A DNA stretch of 64,000 bases, from positions 384,001 to 448,000 of the forward strand of contig CAVTBU010000008.1 of assembly GCA_963733035.1 (NCBI GenBank), written 5' to 3'. This DNA comes from Pirellulales bacterium (GTDB taxonomy: Bacteria > Planctomycetota > Planctomycetia > Pirellulales > PALSA-1355). The notes under the pieces were generated by a model. The model made no database searches, was not told the DNA's origin, and worked only from the letters and a program-made list of their open reading frames with translations. A program made the translations under genes and the position numbers. Positions 31,310 to 41,995 of the stretch are shown piece after piece; the first letter of the stretch is position 1; each line of letters starts with the position of its first letter.

Positions 31310-32683
31310 ATGGTCAATACGCTGTATCTTCCTGAACTGCGCGAGATGCTCGCAGAGCGAAACTCGGTCGAATTGCGAGAGTTCTGCACGGCATTGCATG
31401 CCGCGCGAACCGCGGAGTTCATGGAAGGATTGACTGCCGCTGAGGCCTGGGGAGTACTCACCAATGCCGACCGGGAAACGCGAGCGGAAATATTCGGCTA
31501 CTTCGACCGCGACAAACAAGTACAAATCATCGAGTCGGGCGATTTGGTCGAAATGGGCAACTTGATTGCCGACTTACCAAGTGACGATCGCGTCGACATT
31601 CTGAAACAGGTGCCACCTGAGATCGTCGAGCGGCTGCTGCCTCACGTGCCCTCAACCGAGCGACGGGATATTCTCCGCTTGCGCTCCTATCCCGAAGGCA
31701 CGGCCGGCGCCGTCATGACGTCGGCTTTCGCCAAGATCGCCGAAGGCCGAACGGTTCGCGACGCGCTCGAGGAGATCGGCCGGCAGGCGGAGGATCTCGA
31801 AACGATCTATTACGTCTATGTCCTTGACGACCACGACCACTTGCGAGGTTTGGTATCGGCCCGACAGCTCGTTTCGGCGATGGGCAAGCCATTGACCAAA
31901 ATCGACGACCTTATGGAACGCGATCTCGTCACGGTGCGAGTTGAGGATGATCAGGAAAAGGTTGCTCAAGAGGTGGCCCGTTTCGACTTGCATGCCATCC
32001 CGGTAGTCGATGACGAACACCACATGTTGGGCATCATTACGCACGACGATGTGATTGACGTTCTCCGCGAGGAAGCCAGCGAGGACGTTTACCGCATGGC
32101 CGCCATGGAACCACTCGTGGAGAACTATTTGGAAACGAGCTTTCACTCCATTTGGTGGAAGCGTTCCTTTTGGCTATCGTGGCTGTTCTTGGCCGAAATG
32201 CTCACGTTGTTTGTGATGAAAGGATTCGTGCACTCGATCGAACAGATTGTGGCATTAACGCTATTCGTCCCCCTGTGTATTGCCACGGGTGGGATGTCCG
32301 GCACACAAGCTGCGACATTAATTACGAGAGCCATGGCATTGGGGCACATCACACTGGCGGATTGGTGGCGTGTGATTCGTCACGAAGTTGCCGTCGGTCT
32401 GGCAATCGGTTCGACGCTGGGCATCATGGGTTTCGTGGGAGCCTATTTGACGCCGGACGTGACGAGTCTTGGCGGAGCAAACCCGTGGATGTTTTCACTA
32501 GTTATTTCACAGGCGGTGATGGCGATCTGCTTGTGGGGGACCCTGGTCGGCTCGATGTTGCCGTTGGCGTTTCGCCGATTGGGATTTGATCCCGCCTATG
32601 CGTCGAGCCCCTTTGTGGCGACCTTTGTGGACGTGACAGGTATTTTGATTCTATTCTCACTGGCCGAACTGTATTTGTTTTGA
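31310..32683 (+). CDS. mgtE: magnesium transporter
   Basis: YPEGTAGAVMT, CBS pair, GGMSGTQAATL, DPAYASSPFVATFVDVTG. Confidence 0.95.
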   Translation: MVNTLYLPELREMLAERNSVELREFCTALHAARTAEFMEGLTAAEAWGVLTNADRETRAEIFGYFDRDKQVQIIESGDLVEMGNLIADLPSDDRVDILKQVPPEIVERLLPHVPSTERRDILRLRSYPEGTAGAVMTSAFAKIAEGRTVRDALEEIGRQAEDLETIYYVYVLDDHDHLRGLVSARQLVSAMGKPLTKIDDLMERDLVTVRVEDDQEKVAQEVARFDLHAIPVVDDEHHMLGIITHDDVIDVLREEASEDVYRMAAMEPLVENYLETSFHSIWWKRSFWLSWLFLAEMLTLFVMKGFVHSIEQIVALTLFVPLCIATGGMSGTQAATLITRAMALGHITLADWWRVIRHEVAVGLAIGSTLGIMGFVGAYLTPDVTSLGGANPWMFSLVISQAVMAICLWGTLVGSMLPLAFRRLGFDPAYASSPFVATFVDVTGILILFSLAELYLF

Positions 32684-32794
32684 AAGAAGGGTCGCCTGTC
32701 GCGGTGACTCGTGAACCTGTCGTCGCGAAGGAGTATCCTTAGAAGCATCGAGGGTACGGCGTTCACGACCCGAAGTTATTGAAAGGTGTCTGCA

Positions 32795-33508
32795 ATGGCT
32801 GAATTGGGGGTGAATATCGACCATGTCGCAACTGTACGCCAGGCGCGGCGAACAACCGAGCCGGATCCGGTTTGGGCGGCCACACTGGCCCAACTGGGCG
32901 GTGCCGACGGCATCACGCTGCACCTACGCGAAGATCGCCGCCACATTCAGGACCGTGATCTACGTGTGCTTCGCGAAACCGTCACGGTGAAACTAAACCT
33001 GGAGTTGGCGGCCGAGCCGGAGATCGTCTTGATCGCCTGCCAAAGCAAGCCAGATCAGGCCACGCTTGTTCCCGAAAAGCGAGAGGAAGTGACCACCGAA
33101 GGCGGACTTGATCTCTTGTCCAACAAACAACGAGTGTCCGATGCCGTCGCCCGGCTCCGCGACGCCGGAATCGGTATCAGCCTCTTTCTCGATCCCGACC
33201 TCAAACAGCTCGACGCCGCCAAAGACTTGGGGGCTGACGCCGTCGAATTGCACACCGGCGAATATGCGCTTGCCGTGGGCGAGAAGGAGCAGGCCGCCCA
33301 ACTTCTCAAACTCGGGGCCGCCAGCCAACATGTTCGCTCGCTGCACATGACGCTGCATGCGGGTCACGGGCTTACCTATCGCAATGTCAAACCCGTCGCC
33401 GCGATCGAAGGGATGTCGGAACTGAACATTGGTCATAGCATCGTCGCCCGGGCCATTATGGTCGGATTCGAACAGGCCGTGCGCGAGATGAAACGACTCA
33501 TTTCGTAG
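32795..33508 (+). CDS. pdxJ: pyridoxine 5'-phosphate synthase
   Basis: [41 protein letters not shown]. Confidence 0.97.
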   Translation: MAELGVNIDHVATVRQARRTTEPDPVWAATLAQLGGADGITLHLREDRRHIQDRDLRVLRETVTVKLNLELAAEPEIVLIACQSKPDQATLVPEKREEVTTEGGLDLLSNKQRVSDAVARLRDAGIGISLFLDPDLKQLDAAKDLGADAVELHTGEYALAVGEKEQAAQLLKLGAASQHVRSLHMTLHAGHGLTYRNVKPVAAIEGMSELNIGHSIVARAIMVGFEQAVREMKRLIS

Positions 33509-33669
33509 CGCGCCAAACCGGCCGGGGGCTACGGTGCAACGCGTCATCTTGCTACATTATTGAGAAGACTACCGTTCATTCCGCGTCCGGAAACGACTCC
33601 GATCTGATCAACGCTCGAAACAGTGCGTCGACACGCCAGCCAAGCTCCAATCGAAGGAAAGACTTTGCC

Positions 33670-34557
33670 ATGACGACCAAAGGGGAAGCGTTCGCCGGCC
33701 TCAGCGTCGCGCTCACGACGCCATTCAACACCGAAGGCGTCGACTACGATCTACTACGGGCTCAAGTTGAATTCCAAATCGAAGCCGGCACGACGTGTCT
33801 CTGTCCCGTCGGTACAACGGGCGAATGCCCTACGCTCAGTCACGACGAACACGAACGAGTGATCGCTTCGGTCGTGGAATTTGCCGCTGGACGTGTTAAG
33901 GTGATGGCCGGCACCGGCTCGAACAGCACGAAGGAAGCACTGCGACTAACAAAATTCGCCGAGCAGCACGGGGCGGATGCGGCACTGGTCGTCGCACCCT
34001 ACTACAACAAGCCGACCCAAGAGGGCATGTACGAACACTACAAGGCGCTGGCTGAAGCCGTGGGCATCCCAATTTGCGTTTACAACATCCCTGGCCGCAC
34101 GGGCAAAAACATTGAACCCGAAACGATTGCTCGGATGGGGGAACTGGAAAACATCACGATGGTCAAAGAGGCCACCGGTTCGATGGATCAGGCCTCGCAG
34201 GTGATGTCGCTGTCGAACCTGACGGTCCTGTCAGGCGACGACAGCCTGACTTTGCCGCTGATGGCCATCGGCGGGCGGGGCGTAATTTCGGTGGTGGGGA
34301 ATATCGTGCCGCGAGACCTGCTCGCCTTAGTCAAGGCATTCGACGGCGGTGACTTCGCCGGCGCACTCAATTGGCACCGCAAGCTATTTCCGTTGTGTCG
34401 CGATATGTTGGGATTGGCCACTAACCCCATTCCAATCAAGGCCGCCATGCGGCTGCTCGGACGCGACAGCGGACAACTACGCATGCCGATGACTCCCCTC
34501 GATGCCGTCAACGAGGCCAAATTGCGTTCGACGCTTGGCAGGTACGGGCTACTCTAA
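33670..34557 (+). CDS. dapA: 4-hydroxy-tetrahydrodipicolinate synthase
   Basis: GTTGEC, GSNST, PYYNKP, YNIPGRT, VKEATG, SGDD, NPIPIK. Confidence 0.95.
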   Translation: MTTKGEAFAGLSVALTTPFNTEGVDYDLLRAQVEFQIEAGTTCLCPVGTTGECPTLSHDEHERVIASVVEFAAGRVKVMAGTGSNSTKEALRLTKFAEQHGADAALVVAPYYNKPTQEGMYEHYKALAEAVGIPICVYNIPGRTGKNIEPETIARMGELENITMVKEATGSMDQASQVMSLSNLTVLSGDDSLTLPLMAIGGRGVISVVGNIVPRDLLALVKAFDGGDFAGALNWHRKLFPLCRDMLGLATNPIPIKAAMRLLGRDSGQLRMPMTPLDAVNEAKLRSTLGRYGLL

Positions 34558-34763
34558 CCGGCGACTAGTTCCCTAATTTTCCGCACAGACACTACAGTCG
34601 TGCTCTCGGTACGAATTCGTAGTGGAACTCGTCGGCCTCCGGGGCAGAAACTTGCCGCTCCGGGAATCCCTCCTCGCACTTGATCGAGACGGATGACCTA
34701 TGTTTTCGATGGTTCAACAAGCATCGCTTTGATATCGCCCAGCCCTCGACGAGCGAGCACGCA

Positions 34764-35753
34764 ATGATTTTGGCGCAAACCTGGTCGATGTCCATTTCGG
34801 CGGCAGTATTGTTGGCAGCCATGGCCACCCTGGGCTATGTGCTAGGCAGGCGGCGGCCCACGCCGCAGAATTCGAAGTGGCCCGAATCCCGACACGAAAT
34901 CACTCGTGCTCTCGGCGTGGCCCAGGAGCTCGAAGCCATTGCGTATCGTTTGCGGAAGAGCATGGCCTTTCACGTACCGGCGATCGTCAAATTCAACACG
35001 AAATTGCACCGCTGGGAAAAGAACTCCGATGTGTCGTGGCACGAACTGTGTGAGAGAGCGGACGAAGTTCTCAAGCCTGCGTTGCGTCTCAGCAACGAGA
35101 TCTCACACGCATACGCGGACCTCTTGCAGCAAATGACTCACCTGAGCACATTTGCCGAACTGCGCACCGATCCTCTGACGGGGATCGCCAATCGGCGCAC
35201 GTTTGACGAATCCTTGGAAAAGCTCCTGGCTCAACATCAGCACGCCGACGAAGCACCATTGGCAGTCGCGATGCTGGATCTTGATCATTTCAAGCAAATC
35301 AACGACGTTCAGGGACATCTTGCAGGAGACCGGGTGCTGCAAGACTTGACGCAGTTGCTGAGAGCCGCCGTTCGAGAAGGTGACGTAGTCGCTCGCTTTG
35401 GTGGCGAAGAGTTCGTCGTTCTGATGCCTCGCACCCCACTTTCCACCGCATGTGGCGTCTCCGAGCGCATACGGCAGCGCGTCGAAGAGAAGCTTGCCAC
35501 GACCGTCAGCATTGGCCTGGCAGCTAGTGAAGCCACGGAAGCCGCCGCCACTCTTGTTTCACGTGCCGATATGGCGCTGTACACGGCCAAAAAAGAGGGT
35601 CGCAATTGTATCGGTGTGCACGAAGGAGGCTTGGACGTCATCGCTACCGTCCATACGGCGCCTGTGCGCCCGGCCGATCAACCGTTCTCGACGGCGGTCG
35701 TTGCGAATACGTTGCCAGACACGATTCCTTTTGCGCAGCGAGAAGTCTGCTAG
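34764..35753 (+). CDS. membrane-anchored diguanylate cyclase
   Basis: TDPLTGIANRR, DLDHFKQIND..GH.AGD, REGD..ARFGGEEF. Confidence 0.9.
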   Translation: MILAQTWSMSISAAVLLAAMATLGYVLGRRRPTPQNSKWPESRHEITRALGVAQELEAIAYRLRKSMAFHVPAIVKFNTKLHRWEKNSDVSWHELCERADEVLKPALRLSNEISHAYADLLQQMTHLSTFAELRTDPLTGIANRRTFDESLEKLLAQHQHADEAPLAVAMLDLDHFKQINDVQGHLAGDRVLQDLTQLLRAAVREGDVVARFGGEEFVVLMPRTPLSTACGVSERIRQRVEEKLATTVSIGLAASEATEAAATLVSRADMALYTAKKEGRNCIGVHEGGLDVIATVHTAPVRPADQPFSTAVVANTLPDTIPFAQREVC

Positions 35754-35992
35754 CGCGGACGCACATCTCCGCCTCGCTGTGGCCGGTCGGCATGCGGCAC
35801 ACGTCGCACCATGCCATCACCCGGCCTTCTCCTGTCGAATGCTACAGGATTTTTGCGCGATTAGCCCTAGTCCCTCGCGCGATAGTCCTATAAAACGTCG
35901 GAACAACGTCCCTTCGATTCGCGGCAACCGATGGCGCTCGCTAGGCGGCACGGCGGCCACTTTTGTTCTCCGACCGCACGAAAGGAACGTCG

Positions 35993-36958
35993 ATGAACTC
36001 CTCGTCCACATACGAAACTCGACACGTAACAGCATCGCAAACATTTCTGAGCGACGTCCAATCCGGCCTCCGCGCACCGGAAAAGAACTTGCCTTCCAAG
36101 TACTTTTACGACAAGCGAGGGTCAGAACTCTTTGACCGCATTTGTGAACTCGATGAGTATTACGTCACGCGAACCGAGCTCTCTATTATGGAGCAGTTTG
36201 CGTCCGAAATGGGGAAACAGATCGGTCCTGGCGTAATGCTCGTCGAATATGGAAGCGGCAGCAGCCTAAAAACGCGGCATCTGCTTGACGCCTTGCCCGA
36301 GCCGAACGCCTACGTGCCGGTCGATATCTCCGGTGAGTATTTGCGGCAGGCTGCCGCCGAATTGGCGGCTGACTATCCGCAAATTGAGATCCTACCGGTG
36401 TGTGCGGATTTCACCAGTGCTTTCAAGCTGCCGGCATCGTCGCGTCCGGCATCTCACATCGCGGTGTATTTCCCCGGTTCAACGATCGGCAACCTGCTGC
36501 CGAAACGAGCGACAAACGTTCTGCGTCAGATTTCATCACTCTGCGGTCAAGGCGGCGGGTTGCTAATCGGCGTCGATCTGAAGAAAGATGTCGCCACAAT
36601 CGAAGCCGCTTACAACGATGCCAGGGGAGTGACGCGCGAGTTCAATCTCAATTTGCTTCGTCGGATCAACAGAGAATTGGGGGGGGATTTCGAGATTTCG
36701 CAGTTTCGGCATCGCGCGGTGTACAACCCGATTAAGGGACGGGTTGAGACGGACTTGGTCAGCCGTCAATCGCAGACGGTCACGATTGCTGGCGAAACGT
36801 TTGAGTTTGACGAGGGCGAGGCGATTCGCACGGAGTACTCACATAAGTACACCGTCCAGGAGTTCGCCGAACTGGCCGCGTCAGCCGGGTTCGTGCTTCA
36901 CCGCCACTGGACCGACGGCGATTGCAACGTTGCCGTACTCCACCTGGTAGTCGAATAG
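35993..36958 (+). CDS. egtD: L-histidine N-alpha-methyltransferase
   Basis: LPSKYFYD.RGSELF, EYYVTRTE, EYGSGS, FPGSTIGN, AYNDARGVT, IRTEYSHKY. Confidence 0.93.
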   Translation: MNSSSTYETRHVTASQTFLSDVQSGLRAPEKNLPSKYFYDKRGSELFDRICELDEYYVTRTELSIMEQFASEMGKQIGPGVMLVEYGSGSSLKTRHLLDALPEPNAYVPVDISGEYLRQAAAELAADYPQIEILPVCADFTSAFKLPASSRPASHIAVYFPGSTIGNLLPKRATNVLRQISSLCGQGGGLLIGVDLKKDVATIEAAYNDARGVTREFNLNLLRRINRELGGDFEISQFRHRAVYNPIKGRVETDLVSRQSQTVTIAGETFEFDEGEAIRTEYSHKYTVQEFAELAASAGFVLHRHWTDGDCNVAVLHLVVE

Positions 36959-37239
36959 CTACTCGGTGACGAGAACGCCTTTCCAAAAAGCAATCCGGCC
37001 ACGGATGTGTTCGGGGCGGTCAGTGGCTCGGCATAGTACCATGCTGCGCCTGGATTTGTATGACCGTCGACAACGACGTCGTAGTATTTCGCCGTACCCT
37101 TCCAGCCGCAATAGGTTGTGTTATCGCTGGGCTGAAGGAATTCCGACCGCACCGACTCCGGTGACAAATAGTGGCTTCCCTCCACGACCGTGGGATCACT
37201 CTCGGCAATCACATGTTTGTTCCAAACCGCTCTAACCAT
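36959..37239 (-). CDS. DUF427 domain protein, frameshift near 37015
   Basis: AVWNKHVIAESD..VEGSHY, CGWKGTAKYY, AAWYY; shifted frame EHIRGRIAFWKGVLVTE*. Confidence 0.85.
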
Positions 37240-37265
37240 TGGCAACTCCCTTACAAAGGACGCCG

Positions 37266-38810
37266 CTATTCTTGCACGGCGGGGCGGCGTTTCAACCCAC
37301 GCGGTACAACGACCCATTCAATTAGGTCAATGGAAAGCTGCAAGAGAAGGGCCAAGAGGGCTGCGGGGATGGCCCCCGCCAGAATCAGCGAGAAGTCATT
37401 CAAACGGATACCTCGCAAGATGGGCTGCCCCAATCCACCAGCGCCGATGATCGCCCCCAGAGTCGCGAAGCCCACATTCTGCACGCCGGATGTACGAATG
37501 CCGGCCAAGATGGTCGGCAGGGCAATCGGCAACTCAATCTCCACCAGCCGCGCCGCCGGTCCCAAACCGAGAACCGTGGCCGACTCGATCGCGCCCCGCT
37601 GAATCCCCTCAATGCCGGTATATGTGTTGCGGACGATCGGCAACAGGCAGTAGCAAAACAGCGCCAGGATCGCCGTAACCGATCCCTCGCCGACGCTTTG
37701 ATACCCGAGCGCAACAACGATTGGCAACAACAGCACTAGCAGCGCGAGAGACGGAATCGTCTGCAGCAATCCGACGCCAGCCATCACGAACTTGCCGCTC
37801 CGCGGCCAGCGCTGGCAAAACACGCCCAGTGCGATCCCCGCCACGATCGCCGGCAATAGCGAGCGACGCACCAAATCGAGATGCTCTCCGACGTGCCGCA
37901 TCACCATCCGCGTCCGCGAAGCCCGTTGCACTTCGACCTCTATACCAATTTGTCGATTGAGAAACTCAGCCGCCGCCTGCGCTTTGGACAGGCGCCCCGA
38001 TTCGACGACGTCGTTGAGCGATTGCATCTCAGCTTGGGAGATTCGTCCTTCTAAATCACGGATGGCATCGAGCAGCTGCGGATAGTCAGCGACTGCTTGC
38101 TCGCGATACAGCCACACGGCATCGTATTGGGGAAAGAACGAAAGATCGTCATCGAGCAACACCAAATCCCCGCGTCGAATCATGGCATCGGTCGAATAGA
38201 CCTCCATCACGTCGACCTCGCCGGCCAGCAACTGGCGATAGGCAACATCATGGTCGACGCCCGCGACGTTGCGCTGCGGTAGACTGTAGTAACGCTTGAG
38301 CGCCGGCCAGCCGTCGCCACGGTCCAGAAACTCATGATTGAAGGCAAATTGCAACTCCGGCAATCGCTTCAGATCGGAAATCCGCGATACGCCCAACTCC
38401 TTCGCTCGGTCGCGTGTGAGCGCGAGTGCGTACGCGTTATTAAAACCCATCGACTGAGACATGCCGATGCCGCGCTCTGCGAGCAGCTTCCGCATGGCCT
38501 GTTGGTCCGAGACATTTTTTCCGGCTAAGATCTCCTCGGTGATCGTGCCGGTGTATTCCGGATAGGCGTCGATCTCGCCCGTGGCCAGAGCATCGAACAC
38601 AATTCGCGTGCCGCCAAGCTCTCGATAGTGCGCCGTGTCCAAGCCACCGTCAGTCGCCAGCAGCCGCAAAGCCTCACCCAAGATGACTGATTCAGTAAAT
38701 TTTTTCGAGCCAATGCGCACCTGGACTTCGCGACGGGGTAGGGGCACCAAGCCCGCCGTCAGCAGCAAGAGTGTGAGCGCGGTCAGTCGAATGATCGGCC
38801 CATGTTTCAC
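37266..38810 (-). CDS. betaine/ergothioneine-type ABC transporter, fused substrate-binding plus permease
   Basis: IGSKKFTES.ILGE, YPEYTGT, FLDRGDGW, YSTD, FPQYDA; permease QTIPSLALL, LPIVRNT, GAGGLG. Confidence 0.9.
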   Translation of the reverse strand: MKHGPIIRLTALTLLLLTAGLVPLPRREVQVRIGSKKFTESVILGEALRLLATDGGLDTAHYRELGGTRIVFDALATGEIDAYPEYTGTITEEILAGKNVSDQQAMRKLLAERGIGMSQSMGFNNAYALALTRDRAKELGVSRISDLKRLPELQFAFNHEFLDRGDGWPALKRYYSLPQRNVAGVDHDVAYRQLLAGEVDVMEVYSTDAMIRRGDLVLLDDDLSFFPQYDAVWLYREQAVADYPQLLDAIRDLEGRISQAEMQSLNDVVESGRLSKAQAAAEFLNRQIGIEVEVQRASRTRMVMRHVGEHLDLVRRSLLPAIVAGIALGVFCQRWPRSGKFVMAGVGLLQTIPSLALLVLLLPIVVALGYQSVGEGSVTAILALFCYCLLPIVRNTYTGIEGIQRGAIESATVLGLGPAARLVEIELPIALPTILAGIRTSGVQNVGFATLGAIIGAGGLGQPILRGIRLNDFSLILAGAIPAALLALLLQLSIDLIEWVVVPRGLKRRPAVQE

Positions 38811-39535
38811 TTTGCCACCACCTGCGAGTTGACGAACTCGCGCACGAAATCGGTGCTTGGCCTTTCGACGATATCGGCGAACGCCCCTTGTTGCACAATC
38901 CGGCCTCCCTGTAGCACGCAGACAAGATCGGCGAACCAGCTCGCTTCCACGAGATCGTGCGTCACCAAAAGTACTGTGGCGCCGGTACGAACAAAAGCGG
39001 CTTTAAGATCACGTTGTAATCCCGCGCGGATTAATGGATCAAGCGCGCCCAATGGCTCGTCCAGCAACAACAGCCGTGGCTTGAGGAAAAGAGCTCGCAT
39101 CAGGCTCAAGCGCTGCCGCTGCCCGCCGGACAGTTCATTGGGAAAGCGAGTGAGCGCATCGCGTGGAATTTCGGTCATCTCGACCAGTTCGTCGAGCCGA
39201 TCGTCGATCCGACGGCGTGGCCATCCCTCATGCCGGGCCATCAGCGTGACGTTGTTGATTGCAGTCAAATGAGGAAACAGCCCGCCTTCCTGGATCACGT
39301 ATCCAAGCTTCCGGCGCACCTCTCCGAGCGTCTTCGCGCCCACAAGCACATGGTCGACTCTAACTTCCCCCGTCGTCGGAGTGATTAGCCCGGCGACCAT
39401 CCGGAGGATGGTCGTCTTGCCGCAGCCGCTAGGTCCCAGCAATACGGCAACCCTCCCCGCGGCAATCTCCAGATTGAGAGGATGCACGACCGTGTTGCCG
39501 TCAAAGGTCTTGGAAACGTTCCGAAACGCGAGCAT
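38807..39535 (-). CDS. ABC transporter ATP-binding subunit (OpuCA/ProV-like)
   Basis: GPSGCGKTT, GYVIQEGGLFPH, LSGGQRQR, LLDEP; start uncertain. Confidence 0.92.
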   Translation of the reverse strand: MLAFRNVSKTFDGNTVVHPLNLEIAAGRVAVLLGPSGCGKTTILRMVAGLITPTTGEVRVDHVLVGAKTLGEVRRKLGYVIQEGGLFPHLTAINNVTLMARHEGWPRRRIDDRLDELVEMTEIPRDALTRFPNELSGGQRQRLSLMRALFLKPRLLLLDEPLGALDPLIRAGLQRDLKAAFVRTGATVLLVTHDLVEASWFADLVCVLQGGRIVQQGAFADIVERPSTDFVREFVNSQVVAK

Positions 39536-39640
39536 GCTTGGCGTTTCCTCCACGGGGCTGCGAGAGATTTCCGATTGCCGTCCAGGGGATCCCCCCATTG
39601 CCAGCATGGAGGACCAAGCGTCCTGGGTCAACTTCGATAT

Positions 39641-40888
39641 TCACCGTGCGACGTCGCGAGCGAGGCGAACGCCGCTGAATTGCCACCGCGTTTCCGGTGG
39701 AAAGAAATTGCGGAAAGTCGACCGGATGTGCCCCGCGGGCGTCGCACACGATCCACCACGCAATACATACTGATTGCACATGAACTTGCCGTTGTATTCA
39801 CCGAGTGCGCCGGCGGGCGCGACATACCCGGGGTAGGAAGCGTACGGACTCTGCGTCCATTGCCACAGTTCGCCGAACATCTGAGCGGGTGAATCCCGCA
39901 ATGCAGCCGCCTTTCGTGGATGGTAGCATCCGGCCTCGACGAACGTCCCTTCGATTGGAAGCTCACACGCCGCTCGTTCCCATTCGGCTTCCGTGGGCAA
40001 TCGAGCGCCAGCCCAGCGGGCGAACGCATCGGCCTCAAAGTAGCTAAGATGTGCCACGGGTTCGTCGTTCTCGATCGGTTGCAGACCCGCTAGCGTGAAT
40101 TGGCACCAATGACCGTTCTGCTCAACCCAATAGAGCGGCGCTCGCAGGCCCTCCTCACAGACGGCTGTCCACCCCAGCGACAGCCACAATTCTGGCCGTC
40201 GGTATCCGTCCTCGGCCATAAATCTCAAATACTCTCCGCACGTTACCAATCGATCCTGAAGTTCAAACGGGGCGAGGAACACATGATGTCGCGGTCGTTC
40301 GTTGTCAAAACTAAAGTCCACGCCACTGTGGCCGATTTCGGTCAGTCCCCCCTCGAATACGAGCCATTTCGCCGGTCCAGCCGAACCAATCGTTGTGTCA
40401 TCCTCCTTGCTCCGATAGACCGGCCACAATGGGTTGCACGACAACATGTGCTTGATGTCAGTGAGGATCAGTTCCTGGTGTTGCTGCTCGTGGTTTAACC
40501 CCAGCTCCGCGATTTGCACGAGTTCGGCGTCGGACGACTGTTCCAACAGTCGCTCCATGCGGGCATCGATACTGCGGCGGTAACCAAACACCTCGGCTAC
40601 CGTGGGCCGCGTAAGTAAACCCCGTTTCTGTCGAGGAAAGGGTTCGCCGACGCTGTTGTAGTAGGAATTGAACAGGAACTGATACTGGCGAGAGAACGGG
40701 TGATAATCGGATTCCCAGCGGCTTAAAACGAAAGTCTCAAAAAACCAGGTCGTGTGGGCCAAGTGCCAGCGTGTCGGACTGGCGGCCGGCATTGACTGCA
40801 CGACGAAATCTTCGGCAACTAGCGGTTCACAGAGATACTCCGTAAACCGCCGTGTCGCGGCAAAACGCTCGGCCATTTGATCGTTCAT
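39641..40888 (-). CDS. egtB: ergothioneine sulfoxide synthase (type II-like)
   Basis: QSMPAASPTRWHLAH, FNSYY, HEQQHQE, FGE-sulfatase domain, YNGKFM, RNFFPPETRWQFSG. Confidence 0.92.
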   Translation of the reverse strand: MNDQMAERFAATRRFTEYLCEPLVAEDFVVQSMPAASPTRWHLAHTTWFFETFVLSRWESDYHPFSRQYQFLFNSYYNSVGEPFPRQKRGLLTRPTVAEVFGYRRSIDARMERLLEQSSDAELVQIAELGLNHEQQHQELILTDIKHMLSCNPLWPVYRSKEDDTTIGSAGPAKWLVFEGGLTEIGHSGVDFSFDNERPRHHVFLAPFELQDRLVTCGEYLRFMAEDGYRRPELWLSLGWTAVCEEGLRAPLYWVEQNGHWCQFTLAGLQPIENDEPVAHLSYFEADAFARWAGARLPTEAEWERAACELPIEGTFVEAGCYHPRKAAALRDSPAQMFGELWQWTQSPYASYPGYVAPAGALGEYNGKFMCNQYVLRGGSCATPAGHIRSTFRNFFPPETRWQFSGVRLARDVAR

Positions 40889-41995
40889 CGCCACACCCAC
40901 TGAGATGTCAAGCAGCCACTGTTTTCATGTCATTCTAACGGGCAGTCAAGTACCTTGATCATCACGTTCGACCGTCGACCGTGACCGTCCCCTGGGTCTA
41001 AATCATCCTTACCGGTCGTGCTCAATCCAAGCGATGTTGACGTGATGCGTAAAGCGTGCAAGGACTCGACGGTGGTGTCACAGTCCTTGAAATTGAGTCG
41101 GATTTCCTTCAATTGCCGGCGAAATCAGGACGGCGGCATGAAGGTTAAAAAAGCTACGAGGCTCAAGAAGCCTGAGGATGAAACGCGCGGCGGGTTGTCA
41201 GACTTTCGGTCGACAGCCCTATGTTGACACGCATTGCCGAGGGGATCTGGATCGCGGCTCTTCAAAGTGTACCGCGGCCTGCGAGCTTTGAACCGCGATT
41301 CAAGCCTGCGAGCGAAGGGCATGCAAGGTGTTGCGTCGCTCGTGAGGAGTTCCGAGTTGCGAGCCACGCCCGCGTGACGACGAGACGAGGCTGGCCGCGT
41401 CAATCCGTGAATCGGCGCCCGCGACCAGGCGGCACCTAGCGGCGCGTTGGCAAACCGTGTCGTGACGACGCATGGAATGCCCGCGATACACATCGTGCTT
41501 CGACTTTGGCGTCGTGAGGAGCTGACAGTCCGGCAAACGAAAACGGCACTGCTTGGGAGCGAGTGCCGGCGGTTGCTATCGGCAGCGGGAGCAAAACATC
41601 GACAACGTCGCGTGTCGTAATTTCTTTTTCACTCCCGCCGGCGGCAGCTTGCTGAAGTCGCTGTCAATCGTCGAAAGACTCGTGGGAGCACCTGGCATTG
41701 AAAGTAGATCGCGGCATCACCGGCGGTCGTGAAAGACACGCTTGGCAATGCGGTTCGCCTGACTCACGCGTTTTCAGGCGATTTCAAATACAACATGATT
41801 TGAGTAGGTGCGGAAACCAGCGCGCGCAGCCCGAAGACCATGGCTAAATCTCGACTCGTCTAGTCTCACGAATACAAAACAACTTGCTCATCTTATCTTC
41901 ACAATTAGGCGGTAGCTTGCTGCCGGTGTCCCAGACTGGTGTCTGTGGCCAGGACGGGCGATCTGTCCAACACTCACCCAAGGAGATGAGATCCA

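Noticed and set aside
39641..40888. egtB as the selenoneine synthase senA
   Set aside because: No senB or selD/senC neighbours in the window
41171..41185. CTGAGGA..GAAAC, resembling a hammerhead ribozyme core
   Set aside because: No stem II between the two conserved segments
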